Part shown: piece after piece, positions 26,778-38,378 of the stretch
How positions within the stretch are numbered: position 1 is the stretch's first letter
How the letters are laid out: the number at the start of each line of letters is the position of its first letter
Assembly (NCBI GenBank): GCA_017961575.1
Contig: JAGCXA010000053.1
Span: 26,347 to 90,346, forward strand
Source: Clostridia bacterium
GTDB lineage: Bacteria; Bacillota; Clostridia; Oscillospirales; CAG-272
Length of the DNA stretch: 64,000 bases
Direction of reading: 5' to 3'
The notes under the pieces: generated by a model
Databases searched by the model: none
Told to the model about the DNA's origin: nothing
What the model saw: the letters and a program-made list of their open reading frames with translations, nothing else
Program-made: the position numbers and the translations under genes

Positions 26778-27539
26778 ATGGCAAAAATCATTGCGTTTTC
26801 CAACCAGAAGGGCGGCGTGGGAAAAACGACGTCCTGCGTGAACATCGCCGCCGCCGTCGCGAAGCGCGGCAAAAACGTCCTTTTGATCGATATGGATCCG
26901 CAGGGCAACGCGACGACGGGCGTCAACGTCAGCAAGCGGAGCGCGCCGCACAACGTCTACGAGGTGATCGTCGGGCAATGCACGGCGAACGAGGCGCTCG
27001 TGCGGACCAACTACAAGAACCTCTGGATCATCCCCTCGACGCTCGAACTTGCCGGCGCGGATCACGACATCTTCGAGATGGAGTCTCGTGAAAAGGTGCT
27101 CCGCGAGGTGCTCGCCCCGGTGCTTCCGCTCTTCGATTACGTCTTCATCGACTGTCCGCCCTCGCTCGGAATGATTACCGTCACGGCGCTGACCGCCGCC
27201 GACGGCGTGGTGATCCCGATGCAATGCGAGTTCTACTCGATGGAGGGGCTGTCGCAGTTGCTCGTGACCATTCGCCGGGTGCGTCAGCACTCGAACGAAA
27301 AGCTTGAGATCATCGGGATCCTGCTCACGATGTACAACGGGCGGCTCACCCAGACGAAGCAGGTCGTGGACGACCTGAAACGCTATTACGCCGACAAACT
27401 CTTCTCGACGCCGATCACGCGGAGCGTCAAGGTATCGGAGGCGCCGAGTTACGGCACGCCGCTCTGCTATCACGATCCGTACGGGAAGGCGACGCTCGAA
27501 TACGCCGACGTGGCGAAGGAACTGACGCTCCGCATCTGA
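26778..27539 (+). CDS. parA: Chromosome partitioning ATPase ParA/Soj
   Basis: NQKGGVGKTT, DMDPQGNAT, IDCPPSLG, EAPSYG; GGGAGG RBS. Confidence 0.96.
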   Translation: MAKIIAFSNQKGGVGKTTSCVNIAAAVAKRGKNVLLIDMDPQGNATTGVNVSKRSAPHNVYEVIVGQCTANEALVRTNYKNLWIIPSTLELAGADHDIFEMESREKVLREVLAPVLPLFDYVFIDCPPSLGMITVTALTAADGVVIPMQCEFYSMEGLSQLLVTIRRVRQHSNEKLEIIGILLTMYNGRLTQTKQVVDDLKRYYADKLFSTPITRSVKVSEAPSYGTPLCYHDPYGKATLEYADVAKELTLRI

Positions 27540-27556
27540 CGGGGAAAGGAAAAATC

Positions 27557-28438
27557 ATGGCACAGAGAAAAAGCGGGATCGGACGGGGTCTTGACGCCCT
27601 GTTCCTTGAAACCTTTGAAGAAGAAAAGAAGCCGGGCGGCGTCGAGAAGATCAAGACGTCGCTGATCGACCCGAAGAGCGGACAGCCGCGCAAGACCTTC
27701 GACGCCGACGGGCTCGCGAGGCTCGCCGACTCGATCACGGAGCACGGCGTTCTGCAACCGATCCTCGTCCGCGCGTCGGGGAACGGCAGATACCAGATCA
27801 TCGCCGGAGAACGGCGCTGGCGCGCCGCGAAGATGGCGGGGCTCTCCGAGATCCCTGCCGTTCTGCTCGACCGCGACGACCTCGCCGCCGCCGAGATCGC
27901 GTTGGTGGAGAACGTCCAACGCGAGGACCTGAACCCGATCGAGGAAGCCGCCGCCTTCCGCGCGCTCGCGGAGGAGTTCGGGATGACGCAGGAGGATCTG
28001 TCGCGCCGGGTCGGCAAGAGCCGGAGTTATATCGCGAACGCGACCCGCCTGCTCGAACTGCCCGACGACGTGAAGGCGCTGGTTTCGGCGGGCGAACTCT
28101 CGGCGGGACACGCGCGGACGCTGCTCGGACTGCGCGACCGCGCCGAGATCCTGCCCTTCGCCCGGAAGTGCGTCGCGGACGGACTCTCGGTGCGCGAACT
28201 CGAGGCGCTGGTCAAGCGCGCGAACCGCCCGATCCGTGAAACGCCCGAGGAAACGCCCGCGTTCAAGGTGGATTACGTCGCCGAGCTCGAACGCAAAATA
28301 ACCGCCGACCTCGGACGGCGGGTGAAGATCGCCGCGAAGGGAAAGCAGAAGACGCTGACGCTCTTCTTTGAGGATAACGAGGACCTCGACGCCCTGCTCC
28401 GCCGGATCATGGGCGACGAGTTCGTGGGGACGCTGTGA
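27557..28438 (+). CDS. parB: Chromosome partitioning protein ParB/Spo0J
   Basis: GRGLDAL, QPRKTF, IAGERRWRA, ENVQREDL, HTH, GHARTLL. Confidence 0.96.
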   Translation: MAQRKSGIGRGLDALFLETFEEEKKPGGVEKIKTSLIDPKSGQPRKTFDADGLARLADSITEHGVLQPILVRASGNGRYQIIAGERRWRAAKMAGLSEIPAVLLDRDDLAAAEIALVENVQREDLNPIEEAAAFRALAEEFGMTQEDLSRRVGKSRSYIANATRLLELPDDVKALVSAGELSAGHARTLLGLRDRAEILPFARKCVADGLSVRELEALVKRANRPIRETPEETPAFKVDYVAELERKITADLGRRVKIAAKGKQKTLTLFFEDNEDLDALLRRIMGDEFVGTL

Positions 28439-29073
28439 TGGGACTTCTGTCGATCGGTTCGTTCCTCGCCGAACAGTTCTTCGATCAGGAACTCCCGGCG
28501 TTCTCGAAGTTGCCGAATACGCTCCGCGCGTGGGAGTTCACGGTCGGGATCGGGCTGTTTCTGCTTGTTGTGACCCTCGCGGTCGGGTTCCTCGCCTATC
28601 GGCGGAGCGCGCCCGAACGCCTCGTGCGGGAACTCTTTGCCCGCAAGGTCTTCTCGCCCGACGCGGCGCTTTCCTGCGCCGATCTTTCGGTCAAACTCAC
28701 GCTCGCGCTTCGCTTCTCGCTGCACGATCGGTTTTCGGGCTTGCGCCGCTGCCTGCTCGTCGCCGGGGAAGCGCCCGTCGACCTTTCCAAGAAGTCGCGC
28801 GCCGAGCGCAAAGCCGCCAAGGCGGCGTCCGGCGAACCCCGCGTGAAAAATCCGTTCGTCGCGCTGAAACGCCGTCTCTTCCCGGATCTCTCCGAGGCGA
28901 AGTTCTACCTCGACCCCGACCGCGCCGACGAGGTCGAGCGCCGCTACGCCTCCGGCGTCGGCGTCACCCCGAAGGTCTTTGTTTGGACCGTCGCCGTCTC
29001 GGTCGTGCTGTTCTTCGTCCTCTGCCGCCTCACGCCCTCGATCCTGCAACTGATCGACAACCTGCTGAGTTGA
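28435..29073 (+). CDS. Hypothetical membrane protein (TM helix near each end)
   Basis: Overlaps the parB stop (translational coupling); two hydrophobic segments. Confidence 0.7.
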   Translation: MMGLLSIGSFLAEQFFDQELPAFSKLPNTLRAWEFTVGIGLFLLVVTLAVGFLAYRRSAPERLVRELFARKVFSPDAALSCADLSVKLTLALRFSLHDRFSGLRRCLLVAGEAPVDLSKKSRAERKAAKAASGEPRVKNPFVALKRRLFPDLSEAKFYLDPDRADEVERRYASGVGVTPKVFVWTVAVSVVLFFVLCRLTPSILQLIDNLLS

Positions 29074-29074
29074 C

Positions 29075-29090
29075 TGTTTCACGTGAAACA
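29075..29090. promoter_or_regulatory. parS site (perfect)
   Basis: TGTTTCACGTGAAACA. Confidence 0.93.
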
Positions 29091-29138
29091 GGGAAGGGAA
29101 GCGGAAGAAAACGAGGGGAGACGAAGGGGAGACGCTTT

Positions 29139-29235
29139 CCCGCTTTCTTGTAAGAAAGCGGGGCAAAGAACTTCAATAAGGGATTGTTGAAGTTGTGGCT
29201 CGGCTCGTGACTCGCCGAGCCACGGTTCTATAGCC
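29139..29235 (+). repeat. Module A three-hairpin repeat, copy 2
   Basis: cccgctttcttgtaagaaagcggggcaaagaacttcaataagggattgttgaag...cggttctatagcc. Confidence 0.85.
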
Positions 29236-29286
29236 ACCTCTTTGCTCGTTCTCTTTTCTTTTGTCCCCTTCGCTTTTGGTCTGTAA

Positions 29287-29714
29287 TCTCGTCGCGCGGT
29301 CGCGCGACATCTTGAGTTCCGCGCAAGCGGAACATATCGAAATTGCCGCCCCGGGGGGCGGCAATTATATCGAACGGCGCTCCGCACCGTATGTCGACAG
29401 GGCGCACACGCGCCCGCATCCTCTGTCTCTTTCGCGCGGCGTAGGGGTTCAGGGGTCCCCCGCCGCATATCGCGTTTGAGGGCAAACCGCCCGAAAACAT
29501 ATCGCGCGGAGCATATCGCGTGGAGTGCCGCAGGCACGAAACATATCGCGCGACCGCATAGCGGGCGCCTTCCCCCGTTCTCGTCGCGCGGTCGCGCGAC
29601 ATCTTGAGTTCCGCGCAAACGGAACATATCGAAATTGCCGCCCCGGGGGGCGGCAATTATATCGAACGGCGCTCCGCGCCGTATGTCGACAGGGCGCACT
29701 CGCGCCCGCATCCT
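29287..29714 (+). repeat. 136-bp direct repeat pair (29287-29422 and 29579-29714) built of hairpins joined by ATATCG linkers
   Basis: 3 mismatches between copies; the spacer carries four CATATCGCG motifs. Confidence 0.9.
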
Positions 29715-29727
29715 TCCGGTCTATATC

Positions 29728-29803
29728 ATGAAGCCCGCGCCGTTCGGCGCGGGCTTCAATTCATGCAAACGCGGTTTGCAATTCACGACGGCGAGCGTTC
29801 GCG
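29728..29803 (+). repeat. Module B (CAATTCA-linked hairpins), copy 1
   Basis: 75/76 identical to the reverse complement of 43672-43747. Confidence 0.9.
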
Positions 29804-29850
29804 GATCACAAATTTTCCGTTCGTTTTCCGGTCCGTGCCGCCTGTGCGCG

Positions 29851-31860
29851 TCAAAGCGACAAAACGATCGGCAGGATCATCGGGCTCCGCCCGGTCGCTT
29901 CATACAGGAATTTGGAAAGTTTTTCCTTCACGGCGGTCTTCATCGCCGCCCAATCGCACCCGTTTCCGTCAAGCGAGCGGTTGATCGCGTCGTAGGCGAC
30001 CTTCTTCGCCTGATCCATCATTTCCTCGCTGTCGCGGACGTAGACGAATCCGCGCGAGACGATCTCGGGGCCCGAAACGATCTCCCGGATCGCGGGGTCG
30101 ACCGTCGCGACGACGGCGATCAGACCGTCCTCTGCCAGCAGTTTCCGATCGCGGAGCACCACCGATCCGACGTCGCCGACGCCCGACCCGTCGACCAACA
30201 CCTTTCCGGCGGGGACGGGAGAGACGAAGCGCGCGCCCTTCCGGTCGATTTCAAGCACCTGTCCGAGTTCGGTGGCAACGAAGACGTTCGACGCCGGGAT
30301 GCCCATAAACTCGGCAAGCCCCTTGTTGGCGTAGAGGTGGCGTTCCTCGCCGTGCACCGGCATAAAATACTTCGGCTTCACCAGCCCGATCATCAGTTTC
30401 AGTTCCTCGCGGCAGGCGTGCCCCGAAACGTGGACGTCGGCGACCGCGTCGTTCACGACGTTGATCCCCGCCCGGACGAGGGCGTTGATGATCTTGCCGA
30501 CCAGTTTCTCGTTCCCGGGGATCGCCGACGCCGACAGGATCACGAGGTCAGAGGGGGTCAGTTTGATCTGGTTATGTTCCGAAAACGCCATCCGATAGAG
30601 CGCCGACATCGGCTCGCCCTGCGAACCCGTCGTGACGATGGTCAGCTGTTCGGGCTTGTATCGTTTCACGTCGGCGGGGTCGATCAGGACCCCGTCGGGC
30701 ACCGTCATATAGCCGAGGTCGACGGCGGCGCCGATGACGTTCACCATACTGCGCCCGGCGACGGCTACCTTCCGCCCGTATTTGGCGGAAGCGTTGATGA
30801 TCTGCTGAACGCGGTGAACGTTCGAGGAGAAGGTCGCGATGATCAGCCGCTTGTCGCGGTGCTCCATAAAGAGGCGGTCGAGCGAGAGCCCCACCGTCCG
30901 CTCGGACGGCGTGAAGCCGGGACGCTCGGCGTTGGTCGACTCGCAGAGCAGGAGAAGCACGCCCTCCGCCCCGAGTTGCCCGATCCGGACGAGATCGATC
31001 ATCTTGCCGTCGATCGGCGAAACGTCGAGCTTGAAGTCGCCGGTGTGAAGCACGACCCCCGCCGGGGTGTGCAGGGCGATGCAGCAGGAGTCGGCGATCG
31101 AGTGGTTGACGTGGATGAACTCCGCCGTGATCGCGCCGCACTTCACCGTGTCGCCCGCCTCGACGGCGCGCAGGTCGGGCTGATAGGGAAGACTGAACTC
31201 CTCCAGCTTGTTTTTCACGATCCCGACGGTCAGCCGGGTGCCGAAGACCGGAACGCGAAGCTGCTGCAAAACGTAGGGGATCGCGCCGATGTGGTCCTCG
31301 TGTCCGTGGGTGAGCAGGATCCCGCGCACCCGCGCCTGGTTCTTCACAAGGTAGGAAACGTCGGGGATCACCAGATCCACGCCCGGCATATCCTCGTCGG
31401 GGAAGGCAAGTCCGCAGTCGATGACGACCACGTCGTCGCCGTACTCGACGGCGGTCATATTCTTCCCGATCTCGCCGAGCCCGCCGAGCGGAATGATCCG
31501 GAGCGTTCCGTTCCCTTGTCCCGCCGCCGCTTTCCCGTCCCGGCGATTCTCCCGACGGGGGAAGACCGGGGATCCGATCCCGCCTGCGCGCCGTTCGCGG
31601 CGCTCGGGCTGCGCCCCGTTCGTGCCGGGTCCGCCGCGGGTCGCCCTGCCGCGGCGAGGGTTCTTTTCGGGCAAGCCGTTTTCGCTTGCTCCCTTCCGCT
31701 TGTTTCTCGCGCCGTCGCGTTCGGGCGCGTGTTTCATTCGCGGACGCGCGGACGTCTCCGCGCGCTTATCCGCGCGCGAGTCGAACCGCTCCGCTTTCGC
31801 TTGTCCGCGCGAGGGCTTGTTCTGCCCCGCGCGGTTCTGTTTCTGTTTCTTTTCCGTCAT
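29851..31860 (-). CDS. rnj: Ribonuclease J with Arg-rich N-terminal extension
   Basis: PLGGLGEIGKNM, THGHEDHIG, HTGDFK, GSQGEP, HVSGH, PVHGE. Confidence 0.96.
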   Translation of the reverse strand: MTEKKQKQNRAGQNKPSRGQAKAERFDSRADKRAETSARPRMKHAPERDGARNKRKGASENGLPEKNPRRGRATRGGPGTNGAQPERRERRAGGIGSPVFPRRENRRDGKAAAGQGNGTLRIIPLGGLGEIGKNMTAVEYGDDVVVIDCGLAFPDEDMPGVDLVIPDVSYLVKNQARVRGILLTHGHEDHIGAIPYVLQQLRVPVFGTRLTVGIVKNKLEEFSLPYQPDLRAVEAGDTVKCGAITAEFIHVNHSIADSCCIALHTPAGVVLHTGDFKLDVSPIDGKMIDLVRIGQLGAEGVLLLLCESTNAERPGFTPSERTVGLSLDRLFMEHRDKRLIIATFSSNVHRVQQIINASAKYGRKVAVAGRSMVNVIGAAVDLGYMTVPDGVLIDPADVKRYKPEQLTIVTTGSQGEPMSALYRMAFSEHNQIKLTPSDLVILSASAIPGNEKLVGKIINALVRAGINVVNDAVADVHVSGHACREELKLMIGLVKPKYFMPVHGEERHLYANKGLAEFMGIPASNVFVATELGQVLEIDRKGARFVSPVPAGKVLVDGSGVGDVGSVVLRDRKLLAEDGLIAVVATVDPAIREIVSGPEIVSRGFVYVRDSEEMMDQAKKVAYDAINRSLDGNGCDWAAMKTAVKEKLSKFLYEATGRSPMILPIVLSL

Positions 31861-31875
31861 AAATTCCTTTCCGTT

Positions 31876-32151
31876 TCAGACGATCAGTCCGATCACAATC
31901 AGCGTCGCCGCCGTCAGCGCGGCGCCGCACAGTATGCCGAGGAGAAACGCCGCCAAGCGGCGGCGGGGTCGTCGCGTCGCCTCTCCCGCCCTGCATCCGA
32001 GCAGGATCTGGTTCGCCTCCGCTACCATGTCGCGCGCGTCGCACCGCGACGCCTCGCCGGCCGACGCCTTCAAAAAGAAGAACGCCTCCTCGAATAACCC
32101 GCTCTCGGGATTTTTCAGGTGAAGCACCCGCCTTTGCCGTCCTTTGACCAT
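31876..32151 (-). CDS. Small hypothetical protein with C-terminal TM helix
   Basis: GGGGGTG RBS; MVKG..VLHLKNPESGLFEEAFFFLK; hydrophobic C-terminus. Confidence 0.65.
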   Translation of the reverse strand: MVKGRQRRVLHLKNPESGLFEEAFFFLKASAGEASRCDARDMVAEANQILLGCRAGEATRRPRRRLAAFLLGILCGAALTAATLIVIGLIV

Positions 32152-32247
32152 ACGCACCCCCATAACGATATGTAGGGGGGCGGGGGAACAGACCTCGCCG
32201 TTCCAGTTTTTCCCGCCGCTCCGCTTTTTATGCGGAGGGGGCTTCGG

Positions 32248-32751
32248 TTACTTCCTTTTTCTCAGGAACGCGCCGACAAGATCCAGGATTGACCCGCTTT
32301 TCCGCGCGTGCGACGGCTCGACCTTCGCCCGGAGCGGTTCGTGCCGCGGGGTCGTCGGTTCCGGCGCCTTGGGGGCGGGTTTTTCGACCTTTTGCAAGGG
32401 GGTTTTCGCGATTTCGACCGCCGAAGGTGCTTCATACGGGGCGGGCTCGTCCGCTTCTTCGCGTTCCGCGATGGCGGCGACTCCCTCCGTTTCCGCCGCG
32501 CGCGGGGCTTGTTTCCGGGGCTTCGCGAGGGCGGATCCGGCGTCAGGCAGGGAAACCGCGTCGTCGAGCAGATCGTCGATCGATATGCCGAACAGCCGCC
32601 GGAGCGCGAGCAGCGTCTCCGCCTCGGGATAGGACTGCCCCTTTTCCCACATATAGACCGCCTGCCGGGTCACGCCGACCGCCCGGGCGAGCGCCGATTG
32701 GGTCAGGTGATCCCGCGCGCGAAGCGCGATCAGTTTTTCACGGAAGGTCAT
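32248..32751 (-). CDS. XRE-family HTH transcriptional regulator with low-complexity C-terminus
   Basis: LTQSALARAVGVTRQAVYMWEKGQSYP..FGISIDDLL; AAGGAGG RBS. Confidence 0.85.
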   Translation of the reverse strand: MTFREKLIALRARDHLTQSALARAVGVTRQAVYMWEKGQSYPEAETLLALRRLFGISIDDLLDDAVSLPDAGSALAKPRKQAPRAAETEGVAAIAEREEADEPAPYEAPSAVEIAKTPLQKVEKPAPKAPEPTTPRHEPLRAKVEPSHARKSGSILDLVGAFLRKRK

Positions 32752-32778
32752 AGCGTCCTCCTTTCGCGGTCCCGCCGC

Positions 32779-33480
32779 TCAGTTCCCCTCGGCGGGGAAG
32801 ACGACGTTCGGGTAATTGTCGAGAAACCATTCGTCCCCGATCTTGCACAGATCGAGCGTTTTCACCGTTCGTTTGCCCTCCGACGCGCCGATCCCGGAGA
32901 CCGGAACGTCGATCTTCACGCGGTCGCCCGCGTTCTCGGTCACGGTCGCCGCCGGGAAGTCGTAGACCGCCGGATCGGTAGGAAGCCAAGGCAGTTCGTC
33001 GGGGTCGGCGTAGAAGCAGACGAAGACCGTCCGCTTTTCGCCCGTCGAGTAGTCGATCTCCGTGTTTTCGATCAGCGCGGCTTTCCACACGCCTCCGCCG
33101 CCCGAAAACAGCGCCGCGTCCTGCGCCTCGCAGACAGAAGGGGTGAAGATCGACCTTTCGTACTCTTTCAGGTCGGAAAGACGGCGAAAGCCGAGCCGTT
33201 CCATTTCCGCTCCGTCAACTTCGCGGTACAAGCCGTTCTGCCTTCCGCCCTCCAGAAGCGGCATCCCGTCCTCGGTGTAGAACAGGCGGACCCAGACCTC
33301 CGCCTCCCGGATCAGGCGCTCCGCCGCCGCGATCGCCTCGTCCTCGTCGGCGGGCTCGATCTTTTCGCCGCAGGAGAGCAGGGAAAACGCGAACGCGAGG
33401 GCAAGGATCAGGCAGACCGCGACGCGACGGATCCGCCGGGCGCACGCCCGGCGGGTCGTATCAGATCTCTTCGTTTTCAT
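32779..33480 (-). CDS. Putative lipoprotein
   Basis: Basic N-terminus, hydrophobic core, lipobox LLS-C; start overlaps the gyrA end. Confidence 0.7.
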   Translation of the reverse strand: MKTKRSDTTRRACARRIRRVAVCLILALAFAFSLLSCGEKIEPADEDEAIAAAERLIREAEVWVRLFYTEDGMPLLEGGRQNGLYREVDGAEMERLGFRRLSDLKEYERSIFTPSVCEAQDAALFSGGGGVWKAALIENTEIDYSTGEKRTVFVCFYADPDELPWLPTDPAVYDFPAATVTENAGDRVKIDVPVSGIGASEGKRTVKTLDLCKIGDEWFLDNYPNVVFPAEGN

Positions 33481-36064
33481 CGGCGTCCGCCGTCTCTTCG
33501 GCTTCGTCCTCCGCAGGCGCGGCTTCGGCTTTCTCCGCCGTCTCCGCGGGTTCCTCTCCGTCGGAAAGATCGGGGTGCTCGGCGGTCTCGTCGGCGGTGA
33601 TCGCCTCGTCAAGCTCCTCCTGCGGTTCGATCCGCGACAGGTTGACGATCGACGCGCCCTCGGAGAGCCGCATCACGATGACGCCGCCCGCGCCGCGCGA
33701 ATAGATCGGAATGCCCGCGACCGGGATCCGGATGATGGTCCCGTCGTTGGTGATCATCATAATGTCGTCGGATTCGGACACCGCCGCGATCGCCGCGAGG
33801 TTTCCGGTCTTGTCGTTCAGGTTGTGCGCCGTAACGCCCTGCCCGCCGCGGTTTTTCAGAACGCGGAAGTCGTCGAACTCGGTGCGCTTGCCGAACCCGC
33901 GGTCGGTGATTGTAAGCAATTGTTTACCTTCCTCAACCAGCGTCACGCCGATCACGTAATCCTCGCCGGAGAGACGGATGCCGCGCACGCCGCGCGCGCC
34001 GCGTCCCATCGGACGGACGGTCGTTTCGGAGAAGCGGGTCGCCGCGCCGCCGCGGGTCGCGAGGATCAGGTCGTCGTCGCCCTTGGTCTTGCGGACGAAG
34101 AGCAGATCGTCGCCGTCGTCGAGCGAGATCGCGATCTTGCCCGAACGCCGCTGATACTCGAAGTCCTTGGTCGGGGTCTTTTTGATAACGCCCTTTTTCG
34201 TCACCATCGTCAGGTATTCGCCCTCGGTGAAGGCGTCGATCGAAATGATCGCCGTGACGTTCTCGCCCTCGGTCAGGTCGAGGATGTTCACCATGTTCGT
34301 TCCCTTCGCGGTGCGTCCCGCTTCGGGGATCCGATAGGTCTTTTTGGTGTAAACCCGTCCCTTATTGGTAAAGAACATCAGAAGAGCGTGGCTGTTCGCG
34401 ACGATGACGTCGACCACGTCGTCCTCCTCCTTGTGCCCCATCCCGATGATGCCCTTGCCGCCGCGGTGCTGGGCGGAGTAGGTGTCGGCGGGCTGCCGCT
34501 TGATATAGCCGCCGGTCGTGACGGTCAAAACGCAGGTGTGCCGCGGGATCAGGTCCTCGATGTCGATGTCGTCGGTCGCCTCGACCAACTCGGTGCGTCT
34601 GTCGTCGCCGAACTTCTCTTTCATCGAGATCAGTTCGCCCTTCACGATCTCCCGCACTCTGCCGTCGTCCACCAGGATCGCTTGCAGGTCGGCGACCGTC
34701 TCTTCGAGTTTCAGCAACCGATCTTCGACCTTCTGCCGTTCAAGCCCGGACAGTTTGCCGAGCGTCATTTCGACGATCGCCTGCGCCTGCGGATCGGTGA
34801 GCCCGTAGGTTTGCATCAGGTTGGCTTTCGCGTCGGGGATCGAGGAACTCGCCTTGATGATCTTGATGATCTCGTCGATGTGGTCGATCGCGATCTTGTA
34901 TCCCTCGTAGATGTGCATTTCTTTCAGGGCGCGGTCGAGGTCGAACTGCGTCCGACGGACGATGATCCCCTCCTGGTACAGGATGTACTGATCGAGGATC
35001 TCGGGCAGCGACAGGATCTTCGGTTCTCCGTTCACCAGCATCAGCATATTGACGGCGAAGGTGTCCTGCAACTGGCTGTACTTATAGAGTTGGTTCAGAA
35101 TGACCTCGCCGTTCGCGTCGCGGCGGTACTCGATGACGATCCGCATCCCGTCGCGCCCCGACTCGTCGCGCAGGTCGGTGATCCCCTCGATCTTCTTGTC
35201 CTTGACGAGATTGGCGATCGCCTCGACCAGCATGCTCTTGTTGACGGCGTAGGGGATCTCGGTCACGATGATCCGCTTGTTTTCGTCCTCGATCTTCGCG
35301 CGCGCCCGTACGATCACCTTTCCGCGCCCGGTCGAGTAGGCGTCGAGCATCCCGCGCGAGCCGTACACGATCCCGGCGGTCGGGAAGTCCGGACCCTTGA
35401 TATACTCCATCAGTTCGGGGACCGTGCATTCCGGGTTGTCCATCCGGAAAACGATCCCGTCCACCACTTCACGAAGGTTGTGCGGAGGGATGTTGGTCGC
35501 CATACCGACGGCGATCCCGACCGACCCGTTGACGAGCAGGTTGGGGAAGCGGGAGGGCAAAACCTCGGGTTCCTTGCGCGAATTGTCGAAGTTCGGGAGG
35601 AAGTTGACGACGTTCTTTTCTATATCCGCCATCATCTGGTCGGCGAGTTTCGACATTCTCGCCTCGGTATACCGGTAGGCGGCGGCGCCGTCGCCGTCGA
35701 CGTTGCCGAAGTTGCCGTGCCCCTCGATCAGAGGATAGCGGAGCGAGAACGACTGCGCCATACGGACCATCGTCTGATAGACCGCGGCGTCGCCGTGCGG
35801 ATGGTAGCGCCCCAGCACGTTACCGACGGTGGTCGCCGATTTGCGGAAGGGCTTGTCGTAGGTCAGGTGATCCTCGTACATCGCGTAGAGGATCCGGCGC
35901 TGACCCGGCTTCATTCCGTCGCGGACGTCGGGGAGCGCGCGGCTCGTAATGACGCTCATCGAGTACTCGATGAACGCCGTTTTGAGCTCCTTCTCCATGT
36001 TCCGCCCGAGGATCTTCTGCTCGGGGAAGGAAATATCTTCGGTGTTGTTCGGCTTTCTTTCCAT
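33461..36064 (-). CDS. gyrA: DNA gyrase subunit A
   Basis: RALPDVRDG, YHPHGD, AAYRYTE, GyrA-box QHRGGKG, beta-pinwheel repeats. Confidence 0.98.
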   Translation of the reverse strand: MERKPNNTEDISFPEQKILGRNMEKELKTAFIEYSMSVITSRALPDVRDGMKPGQRRILYAMYEDHLTYDKPFRKSATTVGNVLGRYHPHGDAAVYQTMVRMAQSFSLRYPLIEGHGNFGNVDGDGAAAYRYTEARMSKLADQMMADIEKNVVNFLPNFDNSRKEPEVLPSRFPNLLVNGSVGIAVGMATNIPPHNLREVVDGIVFRMDNPECTVPELMEYIKGPDFPTAGIVYGSRGMLDAYSTGRGKVIVRARAKIEDENKRIIVTEIPYAVNKSMLVEAIANLVKDKKIEGITDLRDESGRDGMRIVIEYRRDANGEVILNQLYKYSQLQDTFAVNMLMLVNGEPKILSLPEILDQYILYQEGIIVRRTQFDLDRALKEMHIYEGYKIAIDHIDEIIKIIKASSSIPDAKANLMQTYGLTDPQAQAIVEMTLGKLSGLERQKVEDRLLKLEETVADLQAILVDDGRVREIVKGELISMKEKFGDDRRTELVEATDDIDIEDLIPRHTCVLTVTTGGYIKRQPADTYSAQHRGGKGIIGMGHKEEDDVVDVIVANSHALLMFFTNKGRVYTKKTYRIPEAGRTAKGTNMVNILDLTEGENVTAIISIDAFTEGEYLTMVTKKGVIKKTPTKDFEYQRRSGKIAISLDDGDDLLFVRKTKGDDDLILATRGGAATRFSETTVRPMGRGARGVRGIRLSGEDYVIGVTLVEEGKQLLTITDRGFGKRTEFDDFRVLKNRGGQGVTAHNLNDKTGNLAAIAAVSESDDIMMITNDGTIIRIPVAGIPIYSRGAGGVIVMRLSEGASIVNLSRIEPQEELDEAITADETAEHPDLSDGEEPAETAEKAEAAPAEDEAEETADADENEEI

Positions 36065-36093
36065 TTCTCTTTACCTTCCGTTCGCTTTCTTCA

Positions 36094-38091
<1,998 letters not shown>

Positions 38092-38099
38092 TCACGTTA

Positions 38100-38378
38100 T
38101 CAGTCGTTTTCGTCGCTCGCGAGCCGCGCGCGGAGCGCCGCCGTCGAGAGCAGGGAGAACAGAACGCGGCACGCGCCGCCCTTTTCTTTGCCGTCGGAGA
38201 CAAGAAGCACGCTGCGCGGCAACTCGCCCCCCGTGCAGTCGAAGATCCGTTTTTTCTTCTCCGCGTCCGAGAGGAACCGGCGCGAGATCGACGCCACCGT
38301 CATCGAATCGAAATCGAAGAAGGCGATCAGATCCCGGACGCGGACGGTCACGCCGTTCCCGATGTGCAATACCATCAT
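38100..38378 (-). CDS. remB: DUF370 / RemB-like protein
   Basis: LHIGNGVTV..DLIAFFD..PRSVLL..S.LST.AL; conserved position between recF and gyrB. Confidence 0.8.
   Translation of the reverse strand: MMVLHIGNGVTVRVRDLIAFFDFDSMTVASISRRFLSDAEKKKRIFDCTGGELPRSVLLVSDGKEKGGACRVLFSLLSTAALRARLASDEND

Noticed and set aside
29287-29714. CRISPR array
   Set aside because: The constant part is only 6-9 nt, spacing is irregular, the variable parts are hairpins and there are no cas genes.
29079-29984. Short ORFs in repeat regions (e.g. MPPPGAAISICS.., MKPAPFGAGFNSCK.. also at 43553-43747)
   Set aside because: Their similarity comes from the palindromic DNA repeats; no RBS or codon bias, and frames are not conserved.
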